From positions 21,895 through 85,894 of the forward strand of contig CAZABB010000003.1 in NCBI GenBank assembly GCA_964483625.1: a stretch of DNA of 64,000 nucleotides, written 5' to 3'. The notes below the pieces were generated by a model. That model was not told the DNA's origin and searched no databases. It saw only the letters and a list, made by a program, of their open reading frames with translations. Source of the DNA: an uncultured Planctomycetia bacterium (GTDB taxonomy: Bacteria > Omnitrophota > Gorgyraeia > Duberdicusellales > 4484-171). Of the stretch, positions 1 through 15,100 are shown one piece after another (position 1 is the first letter of the stretch; each line of letters opens with the position of its first letter). Both the position numbers and the translations under genes were made by a program.

Positions 1-26
1 TCTCTACGCTTATCGTCAAGCATGCT

Positions 27-176
27 TTGGCGATAATAGGATTTATACTGGTGTTTTTTATTTCGGGGGGGATGATCTTTTTCTCAGGCCAAACCGGTAG
101 TCCTTACTTTTCTCTCCAGGGGATGGCGGGAGTATCTCTGGTGTGCTTTCTCGGTATGGTGGCTATATCTTCTCCG
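27..176 (+). other. N-terminal hydrophobic region of two predicted TM helices. Possible membrane anchor or signal anchor
   Basis: Translation reads AIIGFILVFFISGGMIFF ... GVSLVCFLGMVAISS. Confidence 0.5.
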
Positions 177-3100
177 GCGGAAAGAACGATAAAATTCCAT
201 TCGGTACGTTTGAATACACGGGAGATGGTTCAATTTACCGATGCTTTGGATCAACTTATTGCTGAGCGAGGCATGCGGATAAGTGTGGTTATCGGGGGAT
301 TAAGGGGCATCTTCGGGGATGAGGAAAAATTTTCCTGGCTGGCTGATATCAGCGAGAAAGAATTTTCCCGCGCCGTGAATCGATGCCGTAAGAACCATCC
401 GGGAATCTTTATGTTTTGGAGCAGTTCGGAACTGGTTGTGGGAAGCGAAATCCACGGGGATATCTTCGAAGCGTTACAGCAGGCGCAATCTTTACGAAAA
501 GACGCCTATGAGATTTTGGCGAAGAGAGAACAGCGCTGGTGTTCGGTTTCCTGCCGGGAATTCGAGGAAATCGTCGCGGTGTGTATCGCCGGAGAAATCC
601 ATTCTTCTGTTTCCCCATTTACGGAGCTGGATAGGGAAAATTCCTATGGCCGGTATCAGAATGTGGAGGTGAATCAGGAGAGGGTCATTGCGCTTTCTGA
701 CGCGATCTCCGATACGATCGATGAAGTGGGCCCGTATACGCCGGAAGTATTCGGGCGAGTGCGGGAATTTGAGTCGTGCGCGTGGATCGCGGAAATAGGT
801 TCAGACGAATTTTTCCGGTTTGCCGGTTATCTGAGAAAGGAATACCGGTATGCTTTCGACGTATATTGTTCCCGTACCTATATTATCGGTGAACGGCAGA
901 AGTCTTATGTATGGGAAGCATTGCAGGCGGCGCGTTCGATTCGTTCCGACGCTTTCCGGATCATAGCCGAAGCGTATCCGGTATGGCACCAGATGGGTGA
1001 AGACGGATTTGCCGACATACTTGCCTGGTTAAAACGGGGCGATGTATCCTGGAGTTTCCAGCGGCAACTTGCCGATTTAGATGAACAGAATCATTACCGG
1101 GTATGGAAACGGCACGCTATCGAATTAAGCAAGGCGCGGGTTAACGCTCTCTATGAATTTCTTCAGGGAGAAGGAGATGAAGATGAGGTGGACGCGTCTG
1201 CGGCGGGGATTATAGAGCAGGTAGGAATCGGCATGACAGAGATTCTATCGAGTTTGCGGAGAGAAGAAAGCTTTACCTGGGCTGCTTTTCTCTCTCGGGA
1301 AGAATTACCGCATTTTGTCCGGTACGTGTCTAGGCACTATTCCTTTCCTTTTTCCTGTACGGCGGTTTCGCTGATCGGTCCCGTGCAGGAGGAGTATATT
1401 CTGGGAGCTCTTCGTCAGGCGTGTTCTGTCCGCAAAGACGCTCTGGCGCTTATTGCCGGAGAGCGGCCGCTCTGGAGAGATGTGAATGCGCGGGAATTTG
1501 AGGAGATAATCAGAAAAAGAGGGCTGGCTGTTTCATATTTTGCTGAAGACGTAGAGCATCTGGATATCAAAAATATGTTCACCTGGCTGGTAAGATATAT
1601 TGATCTCAACGACCGTATCCCTGAGATAAAAGAAACAGCGGCGGCTTTTTCTTTCGATCACGCCTCCGTAAGAAGAATAATCCCGCTGGGTGAATTGAAA
1701 CAGATCGGAGCCGACTCGATACTCGCTCTGCAGGATTACCTGTGTGACTCTATCCTGCACGGAAGGCCGCTGCAAAGCCTTGCCGAATATATGTATGAAC
1801 AGGGGGTACACGATTCATATGCCTGGATAAGCCTGAGTCGGCAAAAAGAACTGTTTGAGGGAGCTTTGCTTTTATTCCGCGCGCGCGGCAATCAGTCCGG
1901 AATGGAACGTTGTTTTCGGCACCTGGGTTTTACCTATGAGAGTATCGCGCTGACCGGCGCGACGCCGGGATCATCTCATCGGCAGCTTTATTATCGGGCC
2001 AAGGCTGTCGTCGCGCACCTGGAGGCGGCACAGGTTTCCCGGGATTTATGGCGAAAGGGGATTCCTTGTGAGCCGGGACAAAGATCGTCCAGTTACTGGG
2101 AGGAAGCGGTCGACCGTCTCTGTAACGCGATCGAAGTGATGTATCGTGAGGACGAGCAGAGAGTGCTTGATGAACAGGATGTGCCTTTGTTGGCGCGCCA
2201 GTTTAGAGGCGGGTTACACTCTGTAGGGCTGGAGGACTGGCTGTCGGCTGGAGAGCGGAGAGACATGCAGGAAAAAATTATATGGAGACAATGGTTTCGT
2301 ATGGTGCAGAGATTGTCCCGGTCGATGATTATGACTTCCTATATCGATGCCCTCGATCCTTCTGACGAAAGAATGCGTATGGATGTCTTGCGCCGTGAGA
2401 GTGAGACCTTTTCTCTGGCTCATCGCGCTTATGACGCGATAGAACAGGTATGTGCCGCAAAAAGCACGGGAGAACGTTTCCGCGATGATTTCCGCGCGCT
2501 TCATGCTCCGTATCGTGCCGTTTTTGCTGAACGGCAGGCGCAGGTAGTGGCGCACGTGGCCGAAGCGGAAGAAGTGATAGATCGGATACGAACCCGGCAG
2601 GGGGAAGTCTACGCTGAATTCATGCGTTCTCTCCTTGACAGTATTCAGCGCATTCTGCCCGAGGATCATTACCAGGAATTCGTATTGGATAAAGAAGGAG
2701 GCTTACTTTACGGTATTACCCTGTGTCAAAAGGCGCTGGCATCGGTCGATAAGAGATGTTATCAGGGGCATCGCGTGGATATCTGTTATCTCGTCGCTAT
2801 GGCTATTTTAGAGAGCCTGTTACCCCGGAGCGGATTGGAACGTGCCGCGTATGCCCGGGCGCAGCTGGCGGCTCCGATCTTGGAACGGGCCATTTTCCCT
2901 GCGCCGGATTCCACTGCGCCGCAGCAAAAAGAGAAGAAAAGGGAGTTCAATGCCCGGGTGATAAGGGGGGTCAGGGATCAGTTTGGCCGTAAGAAACTTC
3001 ACCGGGGAGAACAGCCGTGCATTGAGGAAATATTATTGATGGATGCGTGGGAGATGATGACGACACCTTCTTTGCGTATGGGAAGGCTTTTGCGTCAGGT

Positions 3101-6100
3101 AAGAAATATGCTTGAGGCGGGGAAACTGCCGATTATCGTTACCGATAAAGATTATTCGTTGATCGAGGTGGTCATTGATCGCCATATGTGCCAGTTGCTT
3201 TTGGCGTTTTTTGAATTAGTGTGGGATCGTTTCGGCATTTCTCTGCCATTCATCATTCTTACCAATAATACGAAATCAAATACCATGAAAACGGTGTGGA
3301 AGATTCTGATGGAAGAATTCGAGCAGAGATATCATCATCTGTCTGAAAGCGGGAAACGGAGAAAAAAACGTGAATTATTCGGCAACTTCATCATTAATTC
3401 CTGCGGCGGGCAAGTCTGGGTATGGGATGAAGCGGCAGACAGTGAGGAATTCCGGTTCATTGAAGAGCTGACGATGGAAGACGAAGTCGTTGCCGTCGTC
3501 CGGGAGGGATTTGATTGTCTCATCACCGAATATACCGATACTACCCGGTATGCTCCCGGGGAATGCATGCCGGTTCATCCTTACGGTGAAAGGATAGATC
3601 TTCGTCCCGGCGTTTCCGGCGACATGATCGGGATGACTCTTAAAATTCCCGGCCGGGATATTCCCAAAGATGAAAAGCGGCAATTCGATCCCGATAAGAC
3701 AAAACGGCAGATATGGAAAAAAGCGCTTTGGAGCATTTTAAAAGAACTCTGTCATGGGCTTGAACCGGATCTTGCGGAAAAGGTGAAAAGTCTCACCATA
3801 GAGATCGGCGGGACAACTTCAATCGACGTGACGGTGGGAGATAAGCGCCGGCGGATACAGCAGGTCATACGGCAGCTCGCTGTCCGTATGGAACTTCCGG
3901 AGGACGAAATAAAGAAAAGAATATTGTATTTCGGTGATGAATTCGATGTTGACGGCGGGGATTTTACCTTAATAGGACTGGTAGCGTTACTGGTGAATTT
4001 AGGGAGGACAAAGGTCGTTGCCGCCGAAGCGGTACGTGCCGGCCACATCTTCGTCAATCCCGAAAGCGACGAGCTTATCGGTCCGGAGCGGATGCGTGAA
4101 TATCTGAAGGCATTGATGGTACTTATTAACGTATTGCTTTCTCCCGATATATCTCCCGACGCTCTTCGGGAAAACATCGGGGAAGCAGTCCAGCCCGAAA
4201 ACTGGCATCTAAGCTCGTCCGTGGAAGTGGGGGCGCTCATCGAGCGGTATTTTATGCTCGATGCCGATATGTGGGAGTTAATACAGGATGTCGCTCGGCA
4301 GGGAGAGGATATTACAAGATTTATTGAAGCATTATATCAGTGTGAAGATTATGACGATATTGTCGCAGAAATATTACGGTCATTTTTCGCCCGGGAGCCT
4401 GAAGATGCCGCTCCCGACCATGATATCTTCATCGGTTTTGTCCGCGCCGATATCGCGTATCAGCCGACAGAACAGCGAGTTCTCCATGCAATTGAGTGGC
4501 AAGCGACGCTGAATGAATGGATAGGACGTTCGGATGATATAAGGGAATATATTAATATGTATCAGGTATTGAGAGATATGTTTGATGATTTTCTTCATGT
4601 ATCTTATTCGGAAAACGAATCTGGTATGAGAAATATCCCCGGACAAGGTGTTATCTCCGAGGACGGCCTCTCTTCCGTGGCTGCAGGTGCCCTCACCTTT
4701 GTCTGGGGTGTCTTTATGCCGCATGCGGCCGGGCCGAATTACCCACCAATCACGGGAGAAAACGAAAGCGCAGTGATTATCCTTGTCGTATCGGGATTGA
4801 TCCTTGCCGGTTGGATAGCTCTGGTATTGTTCCGGCAGGAGATATTGTTTTACAGTATCCGGAAACAGGCGCCGCCGTTGACGATACGGATAGTGATCCG
4901 GGTACTTTTCCCGCTTGGTTCTTTCCCTCAATGCGTGCTTGTCGTCGGTCCCAGCGGTGTAGGGAAAGACAAATTAACCGGATCATTATTTTCCCGCTAT
5001 CCGTCTCAGTTCACCCTGCTTCGGTTGACAACGACGCGCCGGCCCCGCCCTCAGGAAACGGATAATCCTTCAATGAAGAAGAACTATATGAGCCCGGAGA
5101 AATTTTCGGCTATGGTTAAACAGAACGCGTTTCTCATGAGCTGGGGTAACTATACCCATGCCTATGGATTGGAAGAACGGGAACTAAAACGATGTATCGA
5201 AGCGAGAAAGACCGTCATCATCCATACCGCGTCTCCCAAGGGAGTAAGACGCTGGAAAAAAGCTCTGCCTCAGGCAAAAGTCGTCCTTGTCTCGCCGGTT
5301 CCTATGGTATCCAGCCCGCTCCGTCCCGAGGAAAGAGATCAGGTAAAAGCGGTTCTCAGGCACAGGATGAGACAGAGAGAGGCTTTGATGCAGGCTGTGT
5401 TTGAGGTTAGGTTAGAGAAAGGAATAAAGCTCCTGGACGCGTTTCGTCGGGGAGAACTTGATTATGACGTGTGTGTCACGAATGGAAAAAATTCCGGTCT
5501 AGAAAGAGTCCAGCATGAATTTTGCCGGACGATTATCTCTGAAATTCAACCTCAGCGTTATGCGGGGCCGTTGATGGTAGGGGTTGCGTTAGGGATCGTT
5601 GTGATGGGATTGGCGAGCCCGGCCGGTTTTTCCGCGACCTTGGAGTTCTTTCTCCTAATGATCTTCCTGGGGATGATGTCCCCGGTCCGCGGCGAAGAGG
5701 ATCAGCCGTCTCCCGCTCAGAAAAAAGTCGTTCTTTTATTGGAGGAACATTCAGTGACTGGCGGTGCTATTTCGGAAATACCTTTAGATGATTCGATGAT
5801 ATTACGGGATAAGGTGGGAGTAATTGCCTTAAGAGAGCGGGTGGCTCGGGAAAATATCCGGCAAACGACCGGGCGGGGAGTGCGGGCGCTTGAGGGTGTT
5901 CTGAGAAGACCTGACGGGGGAAGCAAGGTCGAATCGATTGCCGCAGAGATAGCTCAGGCATTGACCGAATCCTTTATCTGGCTGGCGCAGGCTCCGGTTG
6001 AAGAAGTGATTCAACGGTTGGACTGGGTTCCCGTCTCTCTCGAACGGATAAGGAATATTGTTCAGGGTGATTCTGTTATCCAGATCGTGGGAGGAGTGGT

Positions 6101-9100
6101 AGAACCGTTGAATTTTTCCCGTCTCTTATGCGAAACAATGAATAGACAGGCCGGGAGATCTTTATCATATACGCTTTCTCCTTACCCCCGGACCGAAAAT
6201 CTCATTGGTCTGGCTCGGGGATTAGGTAAGACAGGTTTGCTTCGGGAGATAGCTGCAGCTTACCCTGAAGCGGAGACTATTCGCGTCCCGGTAATTGACG
6301 TGGGACGGGCTTTTATTAAGGTGGGATATGCCGAGTTTCGCCCCAGCGGCGTGTTGCTGCGGTTGGATTTAATCAGCAGTGTGGAGAACCGGTATATCGA
6401 TACTCGGATGCCGGAGAGAGGATATGAATTTAGCCTCAATACTCTCCTGAATACTCTTTTCCGGTGGGCGCAAGATCAGAAGGAATCAAAAAATCTCCAG
6501 CTGAGGCAAAAAGAGATTATTGTCAGTCCTTATCAGGGAATAGCGGTTTCTACTTCTATCCCGGAATATGTCCCGATTATTGAAAAGGAATATTTCATGT
6601 CGGAACGGTGTTCAGAAGGAGCATTTTTATTTCTAACCGATAATGTGCTTACCCAGACATGGGCAGCCACCCGGGAAAATACGTTGATCCTTACTCTAGG
6701 CGTTGAACAGTCTCTGGTATTGTCCCGTGAAGATCCTGAACTTTTCCCTTTAGCCAAAGCATTTGAAGTCGTTGATTGGATACGGGTGAATGAATGTATT
6801 ACTCTGATTCAAAACATGGGGTTGCTGGAGGAACCTCCCCTGGTGATGGTATCCCGCTACTGGGATCTTTACCGGAGATATCCATTGACGTTTCAGGAAG
6901 CAAAACGAATGCTGTCCACGCCGGCCGGCGTAAACCGTAATTATGAAATATGGAGCTGGCGTTCCGATCTTCATCCTCAGAAGACGTTACCTTCTCCCAG
7001 TGTGAGCATGATTTTCTGGCAGACATTGCTTACGTCCTGGCTGGAGCGTATTTATCCCCAGATACAGGAATTTGAAGACAGGTACGGTACGATATTCAGT
7101 AACCAGTTCGAACCGGGAGAGAATATGACCGGATATCTTACGCAGTTGCTCATCGGCGTTATGGTAGACTTGAAAGTCCGCTGTCCCGATCTGCTGAGAG
7201 ACTGGGGGGAGACATACGGGGATCATGAATTAAAGCACGCCTTTATGGTCATCCGTCAGGCTTTGGATTTTACCCTCAAACAGATAGCATATCAGCAGAG
7301 TACCGTCCCGGAAGATATTGCGGTGATTGCCAGAGAGCAGGCCGATGTGCGGGCGATTATCGCCGGTTCCCTCATCCATGACCTGGGACAATTGTACGGG
7401 GAGCCTCATGAGTGGGTCGGGGCCCGGCTGGCCAGAAGAGTTTTTATCTATTTAGGTATGCACCGCCGGGCGACAATCTATGAAAATATGACCCTGTTAC
7501 AGCTTGTCATGATGATTATTCTCAAACATTCTTCTTCCAGTAAGGTGCCTCCCGCATGGGATGATCCGCTGGAAGTGCGTATCGTCCATGCCGCCGATGA
7601 TTTTCAGCAGACGGTTGAACGTATTCATATTGTCAATAAGCGGAGAAACCGCTCTTTCTTCAAACGGGCCCGTACCACCCTGGCGCGGGTCGCGTTCATC
7701 GCGCTCCGTTCCGGTTCCTACAATGATATGAAAGACGGGCAGGGAGATGTGGATACGTTTACCACTCTCCTGAAAGCCCTGCTCATTATCACCGATCCCC
7801 AGGCGTATTATCTGGAAGTAGCGCGGCAGGAAGCGACGACTACGCTCCAGAGGAGATTCCTCAATGACTTCTGGGATCTTATTCAGCGGGAAGTCTCTCC
7901 GTGGGAATTGCCTTCGGTGATTGCGGCGGCAGAGGACTTTTTCCGCATCTGGGCTCAGTGGCGGGCCATGCCGGAGGTTATATACGCCCGAAAAGAAAAA
8001 TGGACAGCCGAGAGTCTTAAGAGCGTATTGAACGAATTAGGATGGTGGGATAAGATTGAGCCCCGTCTGAAAAGATCCGTTCCATCGCGATCCTATCCGG
8101 TCGAGAAAATCATCCCCGCGGTGATAGAAGAATACGGTCCGGCCCGGCTTTCCGAAACGGACGTTTCTGCCGACTCCTATGTGGCCGGCATATTATCGGA
8201 TTGGCGGGATATCGTCAGTGACACCGTGCCGCCGCAAAATCTTCCGATGGGATGCATGCTGTTCCTCTTGTCTCCGATAATACTTCCCCCGGACGGAGAG
8301 ATCCTTGTCAGAACAGATTGGATGTCTCTTGTCGTGCTATGCGTCGTATGTTTTTTGATTGTCTGGTGTGTCCGTCGCTCGCTGCGGCAAGATTGGATAC
8401 ATATGATGCTAGTGTTGGGAGGAGTATCGGTCGTTTGTTTAACTTACGCCGAAGCCTACGGGCCTTTTATGTGTTTGTTCCTGGGAGCAGTCCATATGGG
8501 ATCCGAGAAACGCGATGTATCCTCGACCGACGGCCGTATTGTTCTTGAACCGATCAATCTGGGAACGGTACGTCAGCACAGAGATCATATTCATTCCGAT
8601 CTCCTTTGGTTTGTCCTGCCCGATTTTCTCGAGCACGGGATATTGGATGGGTGTCGTCGTCTTATCGTTGAAGAAAGTGATAACTGTATTGAGGTCAAGA
8701 TAAAAAACCGTGATTTGATTTTGAGATTACCTTCCCGGAGGTTGCCGGAAGATGCTCTGCGGCGGGCTCTGAAGCTTTTCTTTGTTCAGCGTGAATACGT
8801 GGGGGCCGACGGAGATTCTTTGATGGTCGATATGAGAACACGCAGTGAGCTGGATGAACGTTACCGGCAGGCGTATGAGCAGAGAAACGAACGGGTAATC
8901 GACGCTTTCTTATGTGATCCCCGGCCGGTGAAAGCGGTCAATATGCTCACGCGTGATGGAATGTTTATTCGTAATCATCAGGAACTCTTTCCTTATATGG
9001 CCCTTCTGGCGGTACAGTATCAATATCAGTGTATTAACCACGACTATACTATCGAAGCGGATGAGTACGGGACGGAGCTTCCCGAAGCGATCGTAGATGA

Positions 9101-12100
9101 AGTGTATATAAATTATCCCGGCCGGGAAGACGCTGCGTTTGAAATGGTACGTGAAGCCGCAAGAATATTAAAAGATAGAGGCGTGCTTACCATAGTCTCC
9201 GGACAGATAAATTTACGTCTTGTCGAAGAAGAACTGAACGATATGGGGTTTTTCGGCTGTGAGATAACCCACGTCCAGGAAGAATATCCCCGTACCGGCT
9301 ACCAGGATGACGGATATCGGTATATGCTTCGGGCGGTGAGGAGACGAATGGATGAAACCAGAGGAGAAGATGGGAGGATTTCTCTGGCTGGAGCATATAG
9401 AGAAGCCGTGGCGATGATGGAAAGAGCGGCGCAATTCATCGGCGGCAAAGGCATTATCGTCACCTTGCAGTTTATCGAGAATTACATGCGGATATGGGCA
9501 CGTGATGGCATTTTCATCCTCCTGGCGGCGTTGATTTCCGGAAATTCAACGCTTATCGCCGCCGCCCGGCATATACTGACGACGTTACGCGACCATCAGA
9601 TAAAGACCGAAGCGCAGTTCGAAACAGTGTTCGACCGGGGCCGTATCGATGAGTTCGGCATTAAGCGGCAAATGGAAAGGATCAATCCCATAGGGATGAT
9701 CCCCAGCAACGTCGCTCGCAACGGACATACCAGTTACGGTATGCCGGAGATCGGCATTTTACGCGCCGATCCCACCCTTCTCTATATCGTCGGTTCTGCC
9801 ACGTATTATCGTTTTTCTCAGGCGAGGGAATTTTTAGATGAACATTGGGAATCAATACGGCTTGCCATGCAGTTTCTCGAAAACCAGTTCGGCCGTGAGG
9901 GGAAAGAATTGCTCTATACCAACCGGGCGGCGGATTGGGCCGATGCGTTTATCCAGAAAGGGAATGTGTTGTATATCAACACGTTATGGTATAAAGCGCT
10001 GATTGATTTTGCTTACCTCCATGGCCGATTGGGTAATAGCCGGGAGGCAGAGCGATATGGAGGGAAAGCACAGCGAGTCAAAGCGGAAATACAAAAAGAG
10101 CTGTGGATATATCGGGATGGAGACGACTATCAGGGGGGTCCCTTTTCGATATACGCGACGATGGGGGTGCCGTTGCCCAAGAAATTCGGATATTTCGCCC
10201 ATTTCCGCGATCCCGATCTTGATGACCAGTTAAGCCAGAAATATTACGGCGGATGTGATGTCATGGGGAACCTGCTGGCGGTCCTCTTCGGGATTGCCGA
10301 TACCGGACAGGCAGGACAGATTGTGGATTTCATCATATCGATTTCTGATAACCGCTATCCCCTGGCTCCGGCTCATTATCCCTTTGTCCGAGCCGAGGAC
10401 CTGAAAAAATTACTCCTGGCGAGGTTTAATTTCCGCGAGGAGGAAGGAGAGTATCATAATGGCGGTTTGTGGACGGTGATTACCGCTCTCCTTGTCGCAG
10501 TCCTGGCCCGTGTGGGATATGCCGCACGGGTTAAGGGAGATCCTGAGCAATCCGAGAAATATTTTCGTCTTGCCGGACAGTTTTTATCGGGCATCAAGGA
10601 CGCCAATCAGAGAGAGGGAGATACGGGATACCGTTATTATGAATGTCATCGCAACGATCCGGAAAAAGAAAACAGGCCGCAGGGGACCTATGACTTCATT
10701 CCCAGCGCCGCCGCGTTTGTCATCGCCTCTCATCAGTACGTATGCTGTTTGCGTCAGGTCGGCCGGATGCCGTCCAATAAAGAACTGGAGGATTTGACGG
10801 AGAGAGTAAGTGTTCCCGACAATTCTGTGTCGAAAACATACGGGGAAGAATTATTACCGAAGGAGCACGTATTTTCGTGCGTTCTCTTCATCCTCTTGAG
10901 CGTATTCCTGATGGGGCAGGGGGCAGTCGACGGGACGCATCTTTCTTATCTGGCCGCGTTTTCGGATGTTTTCGCGGCCGGTTCCTTTTTCTTCGTCTTT
11001 CTACTCGGAGCATGTACGGAAAGAGATGATGATACGGGAAGAATTCTGAGGCAGATGAACCGTTTGAAGCGCAATCTCGAAACCATTGCGCCGGATGAGC
11101 GGGAGGAAATCTTACGGAGCTTCCGGACGTATCTTTATTCATTACGTGAGAATCTTACCGCTTATGATATCAAACTTGAACGGCATGTAACCATTGATGC
11201 CGTCATTGGCGGGATCAGGGCCGATGTCGGGAACGCGGTGAGGGACAGCAGGTTCGTACGTAAATTCAAAGACGAATTGACCGATATCGTGGACGATACC
11301 GACCGGGTTGTCGCCGTCACCCCGGCAGGTTTCGTGCATATGTTCGGATTGCGCCATCGAAGTGTCAATGCGTTTGTCATGAGTCCGGCCGGTGACGTAG
11401 TATTGCAGCGCCGGGTACATAATAAAGCCGAAGCGAAACGCCTCTCGATTTTCGGAGGGCATGTCGCGGCCGGGCAGAGCTATAGGGAGGCGATAGAACG
11501 CGAATTGCTGGAAGAGCTCGGTCTGGACACGATCGGAAAGGTTCTGGGCGGCACATTGATTCTTCTCGGTGAAGAAGGACAGTTCCGCAACGACGCCCCG
11601 GCGAACAACGAGTTCCGGTCGCTCTATGTGTATATTTTGACCGGGCGAGAATATGAGCAGGTACGGTGGATGCGGGGCGATATCAACGAAAAGAAGAGTC
11701 AATATACCGAAGAAGAATTCCCCGACTGGATCGAAGTACAACAGAAGAAAAGAGAAGGGTATGGCGAAGTCTGGGGATACCATTTCGCGTCTTTAGAATC
11801 AGTCTTTGCCGGCTCAGGCCTCTCGGTCGAAGAAACGTATTCCGACGGCACGCTTACCGAAACGGTCGATTATACCCACGATCTTCTTCTTCCGCTCGTG
11901 CGGGGGAACGCTCCTTTGCGGGATGACGGGCGGGGATTTGATCTGCGAAAGGAAATTGAAAACGTTTTGCCCGATATTCCGGGAGTGTCATTCTTCGCCG
12001 GGCTTATCCCCGTGCTTTTTCTCGGAACGGGTTACTTTGCCGGTATGTCCGATATCCTTTCATCCCTTCCTTTTTTCTCATTTATGGACCTGCCGGTGTC

Positions 12101-15100
12101 CGGCATGTTTCTGTCTCTGATCTTCTCATGCCTGTCGATTCCTTTTCTCCTGGCCGTCATGGCCCCCTACGATGATACCGTGGTGTGTCGTTTGGCTGGG
12201 AAAGTGTTCGACCGTACATTTACTTCCGCAAAGGAAGCAATGAATGAACTACAAAAAGCACTGCGCAGCAATGATGTCGACCTTTTTATGTCGGCCGCCT
12301 CGGCTCTGAAACGAATAATTGAACAAAGTAGTAATCCCTGGAAATTATTCGTTTCCTGCCGTGTTCACGGAAGTGCTTTCGAGAAAAATATTGCCCGGTA
12401 TGCCGTGGAGAGATTGATTTCTGCCGCTCAAGAAAACCTCAATTCTTTCTCTACCCGGCTGAACCGGATGCGGGCATTTTTGAATAACGTAGGGATCGTC
12501 ATATTTATGAGTTTTACACAGGAAGGTGATTTTGTTTTGGGGTGGGAACAATTCAGGGATTATTTTCTCGAAAAAATTCCACATTTCACGTGTGATGATG
12601 AGTTGCCTGAAGAGCTGGAATTTCCCGCCGGACCGGAAAAGCTTGATGTGAGCGCCGTACCGGTCTACGAATCGCCTGAGGAAATTTTCCGGGCACGGGG
12701 AATAACGCACAACGAGTATGTGACGACGTTGGGAAGAAAATGGATAGGACGGGATTCCGCCGCTCCCGATGCCTGGGAATATCTGGTACTGAAGATGCTC
12801 CAGAAAGGTGAGCAACCGGAGATTTTGGTCCGGGAGGGGAACAACTTTATTTTTCTGAATAAGGCGCGAACGTTTTTAAAATTAAAACAACAATGGGCCC
12901 GTCCGCTTTCAGCTCAGAAAAGAGGAGAAGCGTCGGATTACAATGAAGACTTTGTCTGTAAAGTGAAGATAGATGAAGACCGGCTCTCCAGCCAAAGCCC
13001 TCTGGTATCCCTCAAAGATCCTTCGGTACAACAATACGATGGATACTGCCTGGTCCTGGTATGCCGGGAACGGTTAGAAACGTTGAGCTGGCTGGACCGG
13101 GCCGAAGACATCGAAGGGAAAGAAATAACCGAGCGGCGCTTCATGAAAGGAATTTTCCTCGCCGTTCATGATTTATTTGTCCTGTTGCGGTACAGAATCG
13201 TTCATCCTGACCTGGCTGAATTGTTTCACGACGAACGCATTCCTTCTCCCGGAAGCACGGTTTCTGTAGGACAAAATCGTGATGACGGCGGAATCTATCG
13301 CTGGCCCGATTGGGGAAGGTTGGGAGCCTGGAAAAGGAGCGTGACATATTCCAACCTCCGCCTTTCCGGTTTCTCCGATGCGGCAAATATGTATTTCATC
13401 CGCTCGCTAAAGAAAGATCAACCTCTGACGGATCATTTCGCGAAATGTGGATTAGACGGTGATGCTTCTTTAGGGGAGTGGTTTTACCGTATTGCCGGGA
13501 GGTATCTTCTGGTCGTGGCCCTGGTTATTGCCTGCTGGCGCATTGAACGGGAGAAGTTCCACCGCCAGGATGAGCCGGCATTATCCGGACAGCTCCGGAG
13601 GGTATTCGCTTATGCCGTTGCCGTACATACCGGTGTCAGGGGAAAAGAGGGAGGTGTTGTTGATAGTGTATGTTCACTTCTTGACTGGGACCGTCTGGCG
13701 CGGCAGATGCTCTATTTTATGGACGGGGCGTATACGGCCGATTTTCTCAGTGAAGAAGCATCTCATCAAATAAGGAGGAAAAAGATCTATGCGCATACTC
13801 AGGGGGTTTTTATCCCGTCTCCGGAAAAGCTCATCGAAGAATCCCTTGGCTGGGATCTCCAACGGAAAGATCGTAGTATTTTTGATGAAAAGATCGGATG
13901 GAGCATGGTTTCCGGATATGCTGATTTAGGTGCGCCGAATGGGAAGAATCCTCTTCTGCAATTGCATAAAGCTCTTACCTTGATTGCTCTGTTCATGGTG
14001 GCTTCGCGGGGTATCATTGTCGCTCAGGAGGACCGCATTTCCGTTGAATCCGCTCGTGAAGAATATGTATTGGGTTCCTGGATGTTTCCTTTGGTGCTTC
14101 TGGCGGTATGTTTCGGAGTACATATCGATTTTTCCGGAGATATCCTGGTCGGTACCTGTACGTTTTGTACCGGTGTGATATTGATACCTGCGATACTGGG
14201 AGTGATGACCGTAAGAAGCGATGAAGTAACGTATGTTGAAACGGTTTTGGCCGAATTGGATGAACTTGACCGTTTCCGTCCGGGACATGCGGCGCGGATC
14301 ATAAGCCTCTTAGAGGAGATCAGAAGTTTTGAACAGCGTGCGTGGCGTTCCTTTCAGACAGAACATATCGTACTGATTTTTGAATCGTTACATTCATTGC
14401 AGCGGACCCTTCCTTTGCAGGAGGGGGTAAGAGAAATCAGTCCTTTGCGTGAAGCGATTCACGAACATATTGAGGACAGTATTGAGCACTGTGCGTTTTC
14501 CATGCTCAAGGAGTTAACGCGGCATCCCGTGATCCTTAAGCATTTTATCTCATCGTTCGGAGAGAATCTGATCCCCTTGATTGTATTTGCCGAGGACAGG
14601 GAAGCGCTCAAATTTCTCAGTGAGCTTCCTCAGATATCATATGAGTTGCAACGATCTCAAGTCGAGCGGAATCCTCATTTGGTGGTGAAAGATTCCGAAC
14701 TGTTCTCTGCCTGGGAATATTTAGCGTTACACGGGCTTACGTTCGATGCCCTGCTTGTAGGAGTCACCAAGCTGAGTGTGAGTGTGAACCAGGCCCCTCG
14801 GGAAAAAAGCATATATAGTAAGCTTGTACATTCCAGCCGGACATTAAACTGCCCCCATATCCATCCCGACAACTTGTCCGGCGCAATCCATGCTCTTTTA
14901 CCTTTATATTTCGGTGAATATCTCGAACCAGCGTTGTCTTTTGTTGCCGAGGCCCGTAATGCGGCGGGATCAGAGACAGTGCGGCCGGAGGTGTTAAGAT
15001 CTCTGTTCTATGATAGATTTCTCACTACGAGAAAAATTGTCGTTCGTCTGAGTGAAAATTACGGCGAAACCCTGCATGATTTTTATCGTCTTACCCGCTG

